Shown one piece after another: positions 39,576 through 49,800 of a stretch of DNA of 64,000 nucleotides. This stretch comes from Ignavibacteriota bacterium (GTDB taxonomy: Bacteria > Bacteroidota > Ignavibacteria > UBA10030 > UBA6906): contig CAWKHH010000007.1 in the NCBI GenBank assembly GCA_963849385.1, positions 549,000 to 612,999 of the forward strand, in the 5' to 3' direction. Both the position numbers and the translations under genes were made by a program. Under the pieces are notes generated by a model. That model was not told where the DNA came from and ran no database searches. It was given only the letters and a program-made list of their open reading frames with translations. Numbering within the stretch: the stretch's first letter is position 1; every line of letters starts with the position of its first letter.

Positions 39576-40868
39576 AGCTCTACCTCTTTTTCATCATCGC
39601 TCTCATGAGCGCTATGAACGGTGCGTTAGGAACCATGATCTTCCCGTCGTCGGACCGAACGATCAAGGTAGCGATGGCTGTCTGCGATGGGACGATGATA
39701 GTGCTCGGATTGTCCTCGGTGTTCACCCATCGGAATTTCTACGGTGTTCGACTCTGGTTTCTGTTTGTCATTGGTGCGGTGTTGACCATCATCCTGACGT
39801 CCGACAAGTTCGGCATGGTGGAGCAATTGAATGGGGTACGCGCCCTGATGTTCTATTTCGCCTCTCTTGTCGTCATTTACGATCTCTTCACGTCAAAGCT
39901 CGGTGACCTTTTCGTTGACCTGATGACGAAGTTCATCATCTTGTATGCGATCATGCAGATACCGTTTGCCGGCTACCAGTTTCTGAAGTACGGAGCCAAT
40001 GATGCCGTGGGAGGAACCTTTGGTCTGCGGGGAGGAAGCGGGATGTTGACGCAGATTCTGTATGTCATCTGCTTCTACCTTCTTGTCCGCTTCGCGTCTC
40101 TCGACGATGGCTCGCATTTCAAAATCGGTAAAATCCTGCTCTTTGTCCCGTTGTTGATTCCAACGATGCTCAACGAAACGAAGATCTCCTTCATTCTGCT
40201 TCCGGTGTTTCTGGTGCTGATCGTTGCCACCGGCAGGAAGATCTACCGTTCTGTGGCGATTCTTCTTTGTGGGTGTGATCATCGCGTTCATGATGAACTA
40301 CTTTTATAGCGAGACCGTACAGGACACCAGTAATCTCCTCGATCAGGATTACTTTGAGAAATACCTGATTCATGTGAACCCGCAAACCAATGAAGATCTG
40401 CCGAGGCTGCAGCGTCTCGCGATCATGTTTCAGATGATGCACAACGATGTTGGCGCGATCACCCTCGGCATGGGTTATGGAGTCATGGGAGGGGGAAGCA
40501 TTATGGACGTTTCCCGTCTGGGTCGTCGACTGTACTACCTTGTGACGGGATCGCGCATATTGCTGTTCAGCGTGTGGATTCAAGGCGGACTGCTTGCCGT
40601 CCTTGTTGTCGGCGCAACGATGTTCAGGTTTGCGTGGGGACGACCGCAGTACCCGTATGTGCGAAGGCGGTTTCACTGGTTTCTGGTGTTCAGCCTTCTC
40701 CTTGTGTGGTTCTACAATGAAGCAATGACGGAGCGTCTGTTTGCGTTGCTCATCTGGTTCTTTGTCATCTGGCTTACCGGGTATTCAGACGAGGATGAGC
40801 GGTCCGATGAACGTGATGAAGAGGACGACGGCGCTGCCGAGGCGTCTCCGAGCGTGCCCCAACAGTGA
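39566..40868 (+). pseudogene. Wzy-like polysaccharide polymerase / O-antigen-ligase-family membrane protein split by a frameshift near 40250
   Basis: Two adjacent multi-TM ORFs (39566-40309 and 40224-40868) overlap in different frames. Both have polymerase-like hydrophobic profiles and an acidic C-terminal tail. Confidence 0.6.
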
Positions 40869-40875
40869 TCGAGCT

Positions 40876-42006
40876 ATGCGAATACTTTTTCTTGTCTCCT
40901 GTGTGACGGCCCATGACGACAAATTCGTGAGGAGTTTTTCCGAGGCGGGCCATATTGTCAGGATCTTCTCCTTTCACTGGCGGGAGGTGTCTGAAGAGCT
41001 TCTGCAGCTGCCGAATGTTACACTGACCAGGGTCCACCTGCAGTTCCTGGCACGTGCACAACGGTTTTTGCCGGTGCATTTGCTGCCACGGTTGAAAAGG
41101 GTGATCCGCGAGTTCCGCCCGGACGTTATGCATGCCGGCAATACCTGGAACGAGGGGTATCTTGCAGCCCTGTCCGGTTTTCATCCGCTGCTGGTGATCC
41201 CGTATGGTTCGGACGTGTTGCTGGACACGCAGCGCTCCTTCCTGTTCCGTCGGGCGAACCGCGCGGTATTCCATGCAGCGGATTGGGTGGCATGTGATGC
41301 CGAACATGTGAAACGGAAAATCGTTGCAGATTTTGGCTATCCTCCGGAGCGGATCACGATCTTCCCTAAGGGTATCGATGTGGAGTCGATTGCCCAGCTG
41401 CGCGATCCCCTGCGGGCGGCTGTGCGCAAGGAATTGGATTGGGAGAAGCACTTTGTGTTGGTGATGTCCCGGAATCACGAACCGGTATACGGTATTGACG
41501 TGTTCTTGCGCGCGATGGAGCGTGTCGTGAAGGTTGAACCGCGATGCAGGGTTCTCATGATGGGGGAGGGAAGCCTGACGGCCGGTTTTAAGGAGTGGGT
41601 GACCACGCACGGCATGGATGGCTATTTCCGCTGGATGGGTAAGACACCCCGCACCGATCTGCTGCGGCTCCTCCAGGGCTGTGACGCCTATGTTTCCGCG
41701 TCAGTGAGTGACGGTACGTCCGTGTCGCTTCTGGAGGCAATGGCCAGCCGGATACCGGTGGTAGTGTCGGACGTGCCTTCGAATCTGGAGTGGGTGAAGG
41801 AGGGATACAACGGCGAGATCTTTCCGCGGGGTGACGAAACCACCCTTGCCTCAAAAATTCTTATGCTCGCGGCGGATCCCGTGAGGAGCCAGGAGTACGG
41901 CGATCGAAATCTCGCTCTGGTAAGGGAACGGGGCGACTGGGGACGGAGCTATCGGGAACTCGAGAGGATCTACTCTCAGCTGATCACGAAAGGGAAGGTG
42001 CAATGA
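40876..42006 (+). CDS. Family-1 glycosyltransferase
   Basis: GT-B fold pattern with C-terminal SDGTSVSLLEAMASRIPVVVSD (EX7E). Confidence 0.85.
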   Translation: MRILFLVSCVTAHDDKFVRSFSEAGHIVRIFSFHWREVSEELLQLPNVTLTRVHLQFLARAQRFLPVHLLPRLKRVIREFRPDVMHAGNTWNEGYLAALSGFHPLLVIPYGSDVLLDTQRSFLFRRANRAVFHAADWVACDAEHVKRKIVADFGYPPERITIFPKGIDVESIAQLRDPLRAAVRKELDWEKHFVLVMSRNHEPVYGIDVFLRAMERVVKVEPRCRVLMMGEGSLTAGFKEWVTTHGMDGYFRWMGKTPRTDLLRLLQGCDAYVSASVSDGTSVSLLEAMASRIPVVVSDVPSNLEWVKEGYNGEIFPRGDETTLASKILMLAADPVRSQEYGDRNLALVRERGDWGRSYRELERIYSQLITKGKVQ

Positions 42007-43184
42007 TCATCTCAACGCAGGATCTGTGGGATTCGTTGAGACGCCTGGATGCATGGCTGGAGAAGCACGACTACAAGGCGTATGATCCCTTTGACGGGCT
42101 GATGTCCTATCTCCGCCCGCTGGCATTCAAGAAGCAGTTTCCCCAGCAGGTGCTCCAGCAGGCTATTCGAAGGAATCCTTTCAATCTGCGCCCTGTGTTG
42201 GGGATCAAACCTCACAGGAGCACCAAAGGCATGGGCTTTCTGGGAGGCGGCTACGTGCAGCTGTATCACATCACCGGGGATCAGGCGTACCTCAAGAAGG
42301 CCGAGTGGTGTTTTGACTGGTTGATGCAGAACAGATCGCAGGGGTACCCCGGTTGTGGCTGGGGGAATGCGTTTGACTACATTTCCCGTGGTTCGGCAAT
42401 TCCCAAATGGGCGCCGACCGTGGTGTGGACCGGACTCATCGGCCACGAATTTATCGAGGCGTATCGTCTGTTGAAGAAAGAAGAGTACCTGCAGGTTGCC
42501 CGCGATGTCGGGCATTTCATTCTCCACGGGCTGGAACGATTCGAAGTCCCGAACGGCATCTGTATCAGCTATGTTACGCACAAACAACTTGCGATTCACA
42601 ACGGGAATCTCCTGGGTGCGCGGTTCCTTGCCGAGCTGTACAAGGAAACCGGGGATCGGCAGTACTATGACATTGCCACGCCCGCTGTGCGCTATAGCGC
42701 ACTGGCCCAATTGCCGACGGGTGCCTGGTATTATGGTGATGCGGAGATGTACCACTGGATCGATAACTGGCACACAGCGTACAATCTTGATTCCATTCTC
42801 GGCTACCAGATCAATACCGGCAACACCGAGTTCCAGCCCGTGCTTGCCAGGGGGTTGCAGTTTTATGTGGATCATTTCTTCACAGACGACGGCGGGCCGA
42901 AATACTACTGGGATCGTGCATACAAGTATGATATTCAGAGTGCCTCCCAGAGTATTGACACGCTGACGCTATTCAGCCGGGAGTTCGGACGTCCGGAACT
43001 CCTTTCATTGGCCGATCGGGTCGCTGCATGGACGATCAGGAATATGCAGGACTCCAGCGGGTATTTTTATCTCTGGAAGAACACATGGTTCACCAATAAG
43101 ACCCCCACCATGCATTGGGGGGCTGCGACGATGTTCCACGCACTGGCACACCTACTACGAGAGAGGACTACACGTGAACATTAG
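42003..43184 (+). CDS. Hypothetical protein of the polysaccharide locus
   Basis: 393-aa Trp/Tyr-rich ORF. Translationally coupled (ATGA) to the upstream glycosyltransferase and overlaps algD by 11 nt. Confidence 0.6.
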   Translation: MIISTQDLWDSLRRLDAWLEKHDYKAYDPFDGLMSYLRPLAFKKQFPQQVLQQAIRRNPFNLRPVLGIKPHRSTKGMGFLGGGYVQLYHITGDQAYLKKAEWCFDWLMQNRSQGYPGCGWGNAFDYISRGSAIPKWAPTVVWTGLIGHEFIEAYRLLKKEEYLQVARDVGHFILHGLERFEVPNGICISYVTHKQLAIHNGNLLGARFLAELYKETGDRQYYDIATPAVRYSALAQLPTGAWYYGDAEMYHWIDNWHTAYNLDSILGYQINTGNTEFQPVLARGLQFYVDHFFTDDGGPKYYWDRAYKYDIQSASQSIDTLTLFSREFGRPELLSLADRVAAWTIRNMQDSSGYFYLWKNTWFTNKTPTMHWGAATMFHALAHLLRERTTREH

Positions 43185-44487
43185 CATTTTTGGCCTCGGC
43201 TATGTCGGCGCAGTCTCGGCTGTGTGTCTTTCGAAACTCGGGCACCGGGTGATCGGTGTTGATACCAACACCTTGAAGGTGGAGCTCATCAACAAGGGGA
43301 TCTCTCCCATTGTCGAGCCCGGGGTTGAAGCGCTCCTGCAGCAAGCCGTCAATGAACGGCGGCTCTCCGCAACAACAAATCTCACCGAGGCGGTACAGCA
43401 AACCGAGATCAGTCTCGTGTGCGTTGGTACACCCAGCAGTCTGAACGGCAGCCTCAATCTGGATCAGGTCATGCGTGTGGCGGAGCAGGTGGGTCAGACG
43501 CTGCGATTGAAAAACACGTATCATGGTCTGGTCATCAGGAGCACGGTGCTTCCCGGCACCGTTGACAAGGTGGCCGCGATTGTGGCGCGCGAATCAGGAA
43601 AGCAAGTCGGCCGGGATTTCGGTGTTGCGGACAATCCGGAGTTTCTGCGGGAGGGGACATCAATCTTCGACTTTGAGAACCCCCCCTACACCGTCGTTGG
43701 CGGTTCCGACGAGACCATCGTGAAGATGCTTGCCGAGATGTACAAGGGTGTACATGCTCCGTTTCATGCGGTGAAGATCCGCGAGGCGGAGATCCTCAAA
43801 TACGCGTGCAATGCATTCCATGCGGTGAAAGTGACGTTTGCCAACGAAATCGGTGCAATCAGCAAGAAACTGCGGATCGACAGCCATGTGGTAATGGACC
43901 TTTTTGCCAGGGATACGAAACTCAACATCTCGCCATACTATCTGAAACCGGGTTTTGCCTTCGGTGGCTCCTGTCTTCCGAAGGATGTCCGCGCGATCAC
44001 CTATGAGTCCCGGCGCCTCGATATTGACACCCCGCTCCTTCAAGCGCTTGTTCCCAGCAACGAAGCGCAGATCGAACGGGTGATCAATTGGGTCGTGCAA
44101 TCGAAGCGCAAGAAGGTGGGTATCCTCGGTCTCAGTTTCAAACAGGATACCGATGACCTGCGCGAGAGCCCGATTGTCAACGTTGTCGAGGCGTTGATCG
44201 GAAAAGGTTACGACCTCGCGATTTATGATGCCAATGTGAACATCGCGCGGCTTGTCGGGGGAAACAAGGCGTATATCGAACAGGAGATCCCCCATATCTC
44301 CTCGCTCATGAAGAACAGCATCGAGGAGGTGCTGGAACACGCAGAGGTCATCCTGATAGCGAACAAGGGCGAAGGCTTCCGTAAGGCAGTCCAGATGCTC
44401 AAACCGCACCAGGCAGTCTTTGACCTCGTGAGAATTACAGAAGAATGGAAAATCCCGCATGGAACCTACGAAGGCATTGGCTGGTAA
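43174..44487 (+). CDS. algD: GDP-mannose 6-dehydrogenase (AlgD-type nucleotide-sugar dehydrogenase)
   Basis: MNISIFGLGYVGAVSAVCLSKLGHRVIGVD...SPIVEPGVEALLQQ and GFAFGGSCLPKD, with a C-terminal EGIGW. Near-colinear with Pseudomonas AlgD as recalled from memory. Confidence 0.85.
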   Translation: MNISIFGLGYVGAVSAVCLSKLGHRVIGVDTNTLKVELINKGISPIVEPGVEALLQQAVNERRLSATTNLTEAVQQTEISLVCVGTPSSLNGSLNLDQVMRVAEQVGQTLRLKNTYHGLVIRSTVLPGTVDKVAAIVARESGKQVGRDFGVADNPEFLREGTSIFDFENPPYTVVGGSDETIVKMLAEMYKGVHAPFHAVKIREAEILKYACNAFHAVKVTFANEIGAISKKLRIDSHVVMDLFARDTKLNISPYYLKPGFAFGGSCLPKDVRAITYESRRLDIDTPLLQALVPSNEAQIERVINWVVQSKRKKVGILGLSFKQDTDDLRESPIVNVVEALIGKGYDLAIYDANVNIARLVGGNKAYIEQEIPHISSLMKNSIEEVLEHAEVILIANKGEGFRKAVQMLKPHQAVFDLVRITEEWKIPHGTYEGIGW

Positions 44488-45676
44488 ACATATTCTGTTG
44501 ATCGTCGAGAACCAGTCCGTTCCGTTTGATCGACGGATGTGGAACATTGCACGTTCTCTTTCCGCATTCGGGGCAGAAGTCTCAGCGGTCTGTCCGATGT
44601 CAGACACAGATCGGGAGCCGTCCGTTGACGTCGAGGGGATACATATTCACCGCTACCCCGCAGCGTTCTCGCCGGGTTCTGTTGCCGGATATCTCCGCGA
44701 GTATACTGTGGCATTTGTGCGCACCATCCGGCTGACGTTCCGCCTTATGCGCCGGCACAGGATCGATGCAGTGCATGTGGCGAACCCTCCGGACATCTTC
44801 TGGCCGCTGGCCATCGCACTGCGATTCCGCAGGGTGAAGTTCGTGTTTGACGAACACGACCTGTCGCCAGAGGCGTTTCTGAGTCGATTTGAACGGGAGG
44901 AGAATGCCGGCGGCATCATCCTCTGGATGTTGCGTTTGATGCAGCGACTCACGTACCGGTATGCGGACATGATCATCTCCACGAACGAGTCCTACCGTGA
45001 ACGAGCGAGTGAGGTCGATTCGCGAAATGCAAAAAAGACCTTCGTCGTCCGCAACGGTCCTGATACGCGTCGTTTTCATCTTCACGATCGCCAGCCCGCA
45101 TTGAAGAAGGGGCGCAAGTTTCTTGCCGCCTACATCGGTGTGATGGCCATCCAGGATGGAGTGGAGTATGTGATCCGTGCCGTGGATGAGATTGTCAACC
45201 GCCGGGGTAATCGCGACATTCTCTTCTATCTGATCGGGAAAGGAGACGACTGGCCGAGACTCAAACAGATGGCGCTGGAGCTGGGATTGCAGGATGACAT
45301 TGTGTTTACCGGACGCATTCCGGATGCTGAGGCCCTGGATATTCTCTCGACCGCAGACGTGTGCCTTTCTCCGGATCCCGCCAGCCCATTGAATGAATTG
45401 TCCACCATGACGAAGATCATGGAGTATATGTCCCTGGGCAAGCCCATCGTTTCGTTCCATCTCAAGGAGAATTCCTACTCAGCGGGGGGTTCTGCGATCT
45501 ATGTTGAAAACAACAATCCCGTGGCGTTTGCGGAGGGGATTCTGACGCTGCTCGGGGATCCCACGCGAAGCCGCCGCATGGGTGAGGAGGCCATGGCCCG
45601 TGTGGCCAATGAGCTCTCCTGGGAGCGGCAATCAGAAAGGCTGCGGAATGCATACCTTCACCTGTTCAACGGATGA
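44459..45676 (+). CDS. Family-1 glycosyltransferase
   Basis: GT-B pattern with KIMEYMSLGKPIVSF in the EX7E region. Confidence 0.85.
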   Translation: MEPTKALAGKHILLIVENQSVPFDRRMWNIARSLSAFGAEVSAVCPMSDTDREPSVDVEGIHIHRYPAAFSPGSVAGYLREYTVAFVRTIRLTFRLMRRHRIDAVHVANPPDIFWPLAIALRFRRVKFVFDEHDLSPEAFLSRFEREENAGGIILWMLRLMQRLTYRYADMIISTNESYRERASEVDSRNAKKTFVVRNGPDTRRFHLHDRQPALKKGRKFLAAYIGVMAIQDGVEYVIRAVDEIVNRRGNRDILFYLIGKGDDWPRLKQMALELGLQDDIVFTGRIPDAEALDILSTADVCLSPDPASPLNELSTMTKIMEYMSLGKPIVSFHLKENSYSAGGSAIYVENNNPVAFAEGILTLLGDPTRSRRMGEEAMARVANELSWERQSERLRNAYLHLFNG

Positions 45677-45833
45677 CCCCGGAGCTTTGGCGCGGCATCG
45701 GGCATGGCAGGCGTACAGATGGTGCGAGAATGTGATCCAGTGCACATATGGCGATGTGGTGGTTTCGTAGAATGCATATATCTACAGCGTGGCGACACGC
45801 TCTCCCCCGAACAACAATGGCGACAGGTGTACT

Positions 45834-46940
45834 ATGATGAAAATCCCGTTTCTCGACCTCAAAGCGCAGTACGCGTCAATCAAAGATGAAGTCCTTCCTG
45901 CCATCCAGGGCGTCCTGGACAACACGGCGTACGTCCTGGGCAAAGCCGTGAGTGATTTTGAGGCGGCTTTTGGAAAGGAGCATGGCGTCAGCTATTGTTA
46001 TGGCGTAAGCTCCGGCACTGACGGCAATCACATGGTCCTCTGGGCCCTCGGCGTCGGGCCCGGAGATGAGGTGATCATGCCGGCAAACACCTTTATCGCG
46101 ACGGCGTGGGGAGCGACGCTGTGTGGAGCCACCCCGGTGTTTGTGGACTGTGAACCCGACAGTTACAATATTGATCCCACAAAAGTTGAGGCCAAAATCA
46201 CGCCACGCACGAAGGCGATTGTGGCGGTTCATCTGTATGGCCAGCCAGCGGATATGGATCCCTTGAGCCAGATTGCGCGCAAGCACAATATTGCGCTGGT
46301 TGAAGACTGTGCGCAATCTCACTTTGCAGAGTACAAGGGCAAACGTACCGGCGGACTCTCCCGGGCTTCATCCTTTAGTTTCTACCCGGGGAAGAACCTG
46401 GGTGCATATGGAGAGGGTGGGGCTGCTGCGACGAATGATGCCGGGCTGGCCCACAAGTTCAAGATGATTCGGGATCACGGAGCGGAGAAGAAATATCATC
46501 ACGAAATGTACGGACACAACTACCGGATGGAGGGCATTCAGGGGGCGGTGCTCGGTGTGAAGCTCCGTCACCTCGGTGCGTGGACCGAAGCGCGGCGCCG
46601 CAACGCGGCACTCTACAACAAGCATCTTCAGGGAATTCCCCATGTGACTACCCCGAAGGAGATGCCCTATGCGAAGCACGTGTACCACCTTTATGTGATC
46701 AGGGTCACAAAGCGTGACGAGCTGCAGAAGTATCTGGAGGAAAAGGGAATTTCCACCGGTCTCCACTACCCGATTCCTCTCCATGTGCAAAAGGCATTTG
46801 CTCATTTGGGATACAAGGAGGGGGATTTTCCCGTGACGGAGAGATTAGCGAACGAGATCCTGTCGTTGCCAATGTATCCGGAGTTGACCGAGGAGCAGAT
46901 CAAATACGTGTGTGGAGCGATCCGGGAGTTCTACTCGTAA
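45834..46940 (+). CDS. DegT/DnrJ/EryC1/StrS-family PLP-dependent sugar aminotransferase (WbpE-like)
   Basis: IPFLDLKAQY...GVSSGTDGNHM... The ATG at 45834 was chosen over the in-frame upstream ORF-track start. Confidence 0.9.
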   Translation: MMKIPFLDLKAQYASIKDEVLPAIQGVLDNTAYVLGKAVSDFEAAFGKEHGVSYCYGVSSGTDGNHMVLWALGVGPGDEVIMPANTFIATAWGATLCGATPVFVDCEPDSYNIDPTKVEAKITPRTKAIVAVHLYGQPADMDPLSQIARKHNIALVEDCAQSHFAEYKGKRTGGLSRASSFSFYPGKNLGAYGEGGAAATNDAGLAHKFKMIRDHGAEKKYHHEMYGHNYRMEGIQGAVLGVKLRHLGAWTEARRRNAALYNKHLQGIPHVTTPKEMPYAKHVYHLYVIRVTKRDELQKYLEEKGISTGLHYPIPLHVQKAFAHLGYKEGDFPVTERLANEILSLPMYPELTEEQIKYVCGAIREFYS

Positions 46941-46972
46941 AGATGGGCCGGTTTGACTGGTCACGCTGTGAC

Positions 46973-47006
46973 GCACCGCCCCCGGGGATGTCCCCGGGGG
47001 CGGTGC
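46973..47006 (+). terminator. GC-rich perfect hairpin after the aminotransferase gene
   Basis: GCACCGCCCCCGGGG-atgt-CCCCGGGGGCGGTGC (15-bp stem) 33 nt after the stop codon, with no U-tract. Confidence 0.45.
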
Positions 47007-47272
47007 GCATTAGTGAGGGCCATCACGATTGCAGGAATGGTTTATTTGCGGGTTATTTCTGCACATAGTACACAGAGTCGAACCGGATAATTTGTTGATT
47101 TTGGCCTGAATTGGGGTTTGTGACGTAGCTCACGGTTCCAGGCGCTACTCTTTTCTACATTGTATCAACTCGTCCGGTAGATTTGACTGAATCCTGCAGT
47201 TTGCTTTTTGACGGCCCTTATGGTAAATTATTTCGCAAATTTTATCGACTCTCTGAAAGGGGAGAAGGAACC

Positions 47273-48736
47273 ATGGTTGCTCTGAAAAAACGCCCTGCAT
47301 ACACATATATCCTGATGGCGCTCGACTGGCTGACGATTCTGGCGGCTCTTTCCATTGCCATTACGCTCCGGGGCCGGGAATTTGCCGGGGAGTTCAAGTT
47401 TGTCGGCGCTCCCCTGGAATGGGAGGCGATCTTTCTCTGCCTTTTCAGCGCTGCTGCGACCATGGGCTTCTCATACATCGGGCTATACAGCGTGAATGTC
47501 TTTATCACTGTTGCTGATCAGACAGTGCGGATACTGAAGGCCCTGTTTTTTACGATCCTGGGTCTGGCGCTCCTCGCCTTCTTCATCCGGACCTCGTGGA
47601 TTCTTGACAGTCGTTTGGCAATGGTCTATTTCTCTCTCATTTCCGTCGCGCTTATGGTTGGCGGACGGGTGATCGTATTCAGGAACATTTATCTTTGGCT
47701 CTCCCATCGCAAGGTATTCCATCGCAACGCCTTGATCGTGGGTGCCGGACAGAACGGCAAGAATCTGGCCATTAATTTATTCCTGAACGATCACCTCGGG
47801 TTGAATTTGGTGGGATTTCTTGATGACGACCTGTCGCTCGGCAAGGTTGTGTTCAACCGGTCCAAGGTGCTGGGGCGGGTTGCTGAGCTTAAGGACATCG
47901 TCAATGTGTTCGACATACAGGAGATCATCGTAAGCCTTGAGAACGTGGATCACACAAGGCTGATCAATGTTCTGGATACCGCCACGGCCACAGACGCCGT
48001 CGTGAAGATTTCCTCGCCTCTCTACGATGTCGTGCCCTCCCGGCTTTTCATTGAAAAATACGGGAATCTCCCTGTTGTCGGCATCTCTCATTTCAGTCCC
48101 GGTCCGGTGCTCGAAGTGTACAAGCGCGTCTTCGATTCCATCGTAGCCGCCGCCGGTCTTCTTTTCCTTGCACCGATTCTTGTGACGATCGCTGCTGTGA
48201 TCCGGCTGGATTCTCGCGGCCCCATCTTCTTTTCCCAGGTTCGCATCGGCAAGAACGGCAAACCCTTCAAGTTCTACAAGTTCCGTTCCATGCAAATCGG
48301 AAGTGATCAGGACAAAGATCGGGAAAAAACGGTTGTGCAATTCATTCAGACGAAGGCCAAAACCAGGCCGGCGGGAAAAGCCTCAACAAAGATTGTCAAT
48401 GAATCACGGGTGACGCGCGTTGGCCGCTTCTTGCGGAAGACCAGTCTTGACGAGCTGCCGCAGTTGTTCAACGTATTGAAGGGGGATATGAGCCTGGTCG
48501 GTCCGCGCCCCTGCCTCCCGTATGAGTGGGATCACTATGAGGAATGGCACAAACGCCGTCTCAGCGTAATGCCCGGGTGTACCGGGATGTGGCAGGTCGC
48601 AGGGCGCAGCGTTGTGGGATTTGAAGATATGGTTGTGCTCGATCTGTACTACATTCAGAATGCGTCAGTCCTTCTGGATTTCGGTTTGCTTCTCAAAACG
48701 CTCCCCGTCATGCTCTTTGGTTCGGGGGCAAAATAA
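47273..48736 (+). CDS. Undecaprenyl-phosphate sugar phosphotransferase (WbaP/PssY-type initiating transferase)
   Basis: N-terminal TM domain plus C-terminal FYKFRSM...[33 protein letters not shown] precedes the ATG at 47273. Confidence 0.9.
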   Translation: MVALKKRPAYTYILMALDWLTILAALSIAITLRGREFAGEFKFVGAPLEWEAIFLCLFSAAATMGFSYIGLYSVNVFITVADQTVRILKALFFTILGLALLAFFIRTSWILDSRLAMVYFSLISVALMVGGRVIVFRNIYLWLSHRKVFHRNALIVGAGQNGKNLAINLFLNDHLGLNLVGFLDDDLSLGKVVFNRSKVLGRVAELKDIVNVFDIQEIIVSLENVDHTRLINVLDTATATDAVVKISSPLYDVVPSRLFIEKYGNLPVVGISHFSPGPVLEVYKRVFDSIVAAAGLLFLAPILVTIAAVIRLDSRGPIFFSQVRIGKNGKPFKFYKFRSMQIGSDQDKDREKTVVQFIQTKAKTRPAGKASTKIVNESRVTRVGRFLRKTSLDELPQLFNVLKGDMSLVGPRPCLPYEWDHYEEWHKRRLSVMPGCTGMWQVAGRSVVGFEDMVVLDLYYIQNASVLLDFGLLLKTLPVMLFGSGAK

Positions 48737-48749
48737 GGATCTCCTGCTC

Positions 48750-49754
48750 ATGAAAATCGGCGTTGTTGGTTTTGGTTACTGGGGCCCCAATCTTGTTCGC
48801 AACTTCCAGTCCACCCCTTCTGTTGACGGGGTGGTCTGCTTTGATACCTCGGAAAAACGACTTCAGGTCGCAAAGCAGAAGTTCCCGTCCATTGAGACGG
48901 TCACCCGATACGAAGATCTTCTCAAACGCGACGATGTGAAGGCGATCGCTATCGCTACGCCGGTCTCGACCCACTTTGCGCTTGGCATGAAAGCCCTCGA
49001 AGCGGACAAACACGTTCTGCTTGAGAAGCCGATGGCGGAGAGCGGTGCACAGTGTGAGCAGATGGTCGAGCTTGCCGCGAAGAAGAAGCTGGTGTTGATG
49101 GTGGATCACACGTTCATCTACACGGGTGCAGTGCGCAAGATCAAGGACATGATCGCCGAGGGGCGCCTCGGCGAGATCATGTACTTCGATTCGGTACGTG
49201 TCAACCTTGGCCTGTTCCAGCATGACACGAACGTCTTGTGGGATCTCGCTCCGCACGACCTGTCGATCATGGACTATCTCATCGGGCAGGATCCGGTTGG
49301 GGTGTCCGCTATCGGCGCGAAGCATTTCAACGACATGGAAGACATCGCATACCTGACCGTTCGCTACAACAGCCAGCTTCTCGCACATTTCCACGTGAAC
49401 TGGATGTCGCCTGTGAAGGTACGCAAGATTCTGATCGGTGGCAGCAAGCTGATGGTTGTGTATGACGATATGGAACCGAGCGAGAAGTTGAAAGTGTACG
49501 ACAAGGGCGTTGACATAAAGGAACGCGAATCCATTTACAAAGTCCTGGTGCAATATCGCACAGGCGATATGTGGGCGCCGAAGATTGATCTGGGGGAGGC
49601 CCTGAGTCTGATGTGCAATGATTTTGTCGACGCAATCAAGAACGGAAGACGCCCGACGACAGACGGACGTGCTGGCATGAAAGTTGTACGCATTCTGGAG
49701 GCTGCGCAACAGTCCTTGCGTGCAGGGGGAACTATGGTCAATTTGGGCCAGTAG
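48750..49754 (+). CDS. Gfo/Idh/MocA-family NAD-dependent sugar oxidoreductase (WbpB-like)
   Basis: MKIGVVGFGYWGPNLVRNF Rossmann N-terminus and EKPMAES motif. Confidence 0.85.
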   Translation: MKIGVVGFGYWGPNLVRNFQSTPSVDGVVCFDTSEKRLQVAKQKFPSIETVTRYEDLLKRDDVKAIAIATPVSTHFALGMKALEADKHVLLEKPMAESGAQCEQMVELAAKKKLVLMVDHTFIYTGAVRKIKDMIAEGRLGEIMYFDSVRVNLGLFQHDTNVLWDLAPHDLSIMDYLIGQDPVGVSAIGAKHFNDMEDIAYLTVRYNSQLLAHFHVNWMSPVKVRKILIGGSKLMVVYDDMEPSEKLKVYDKGVDIKERESIYKVLVQYRTGDMWAPKIDLGEALSLMCNDFVDAIKNGRRPTTDGRAGMKVVRILEAAQQSLRAGGTMVNLGQ

Positions 49755-49800
49755 TTCTGCCCGAAGAATCTCATCAATCATCCATGACGGAGAATAGCGC

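Noticed and set aside
42003-43184. Alginate lyase (PL5) assignment for the hypothetical protein next to algD
   Set aside because: The PL5 NNHSYW catalytic motif is absent (only NWHTAY is present). It is kept as a speculative finding only.
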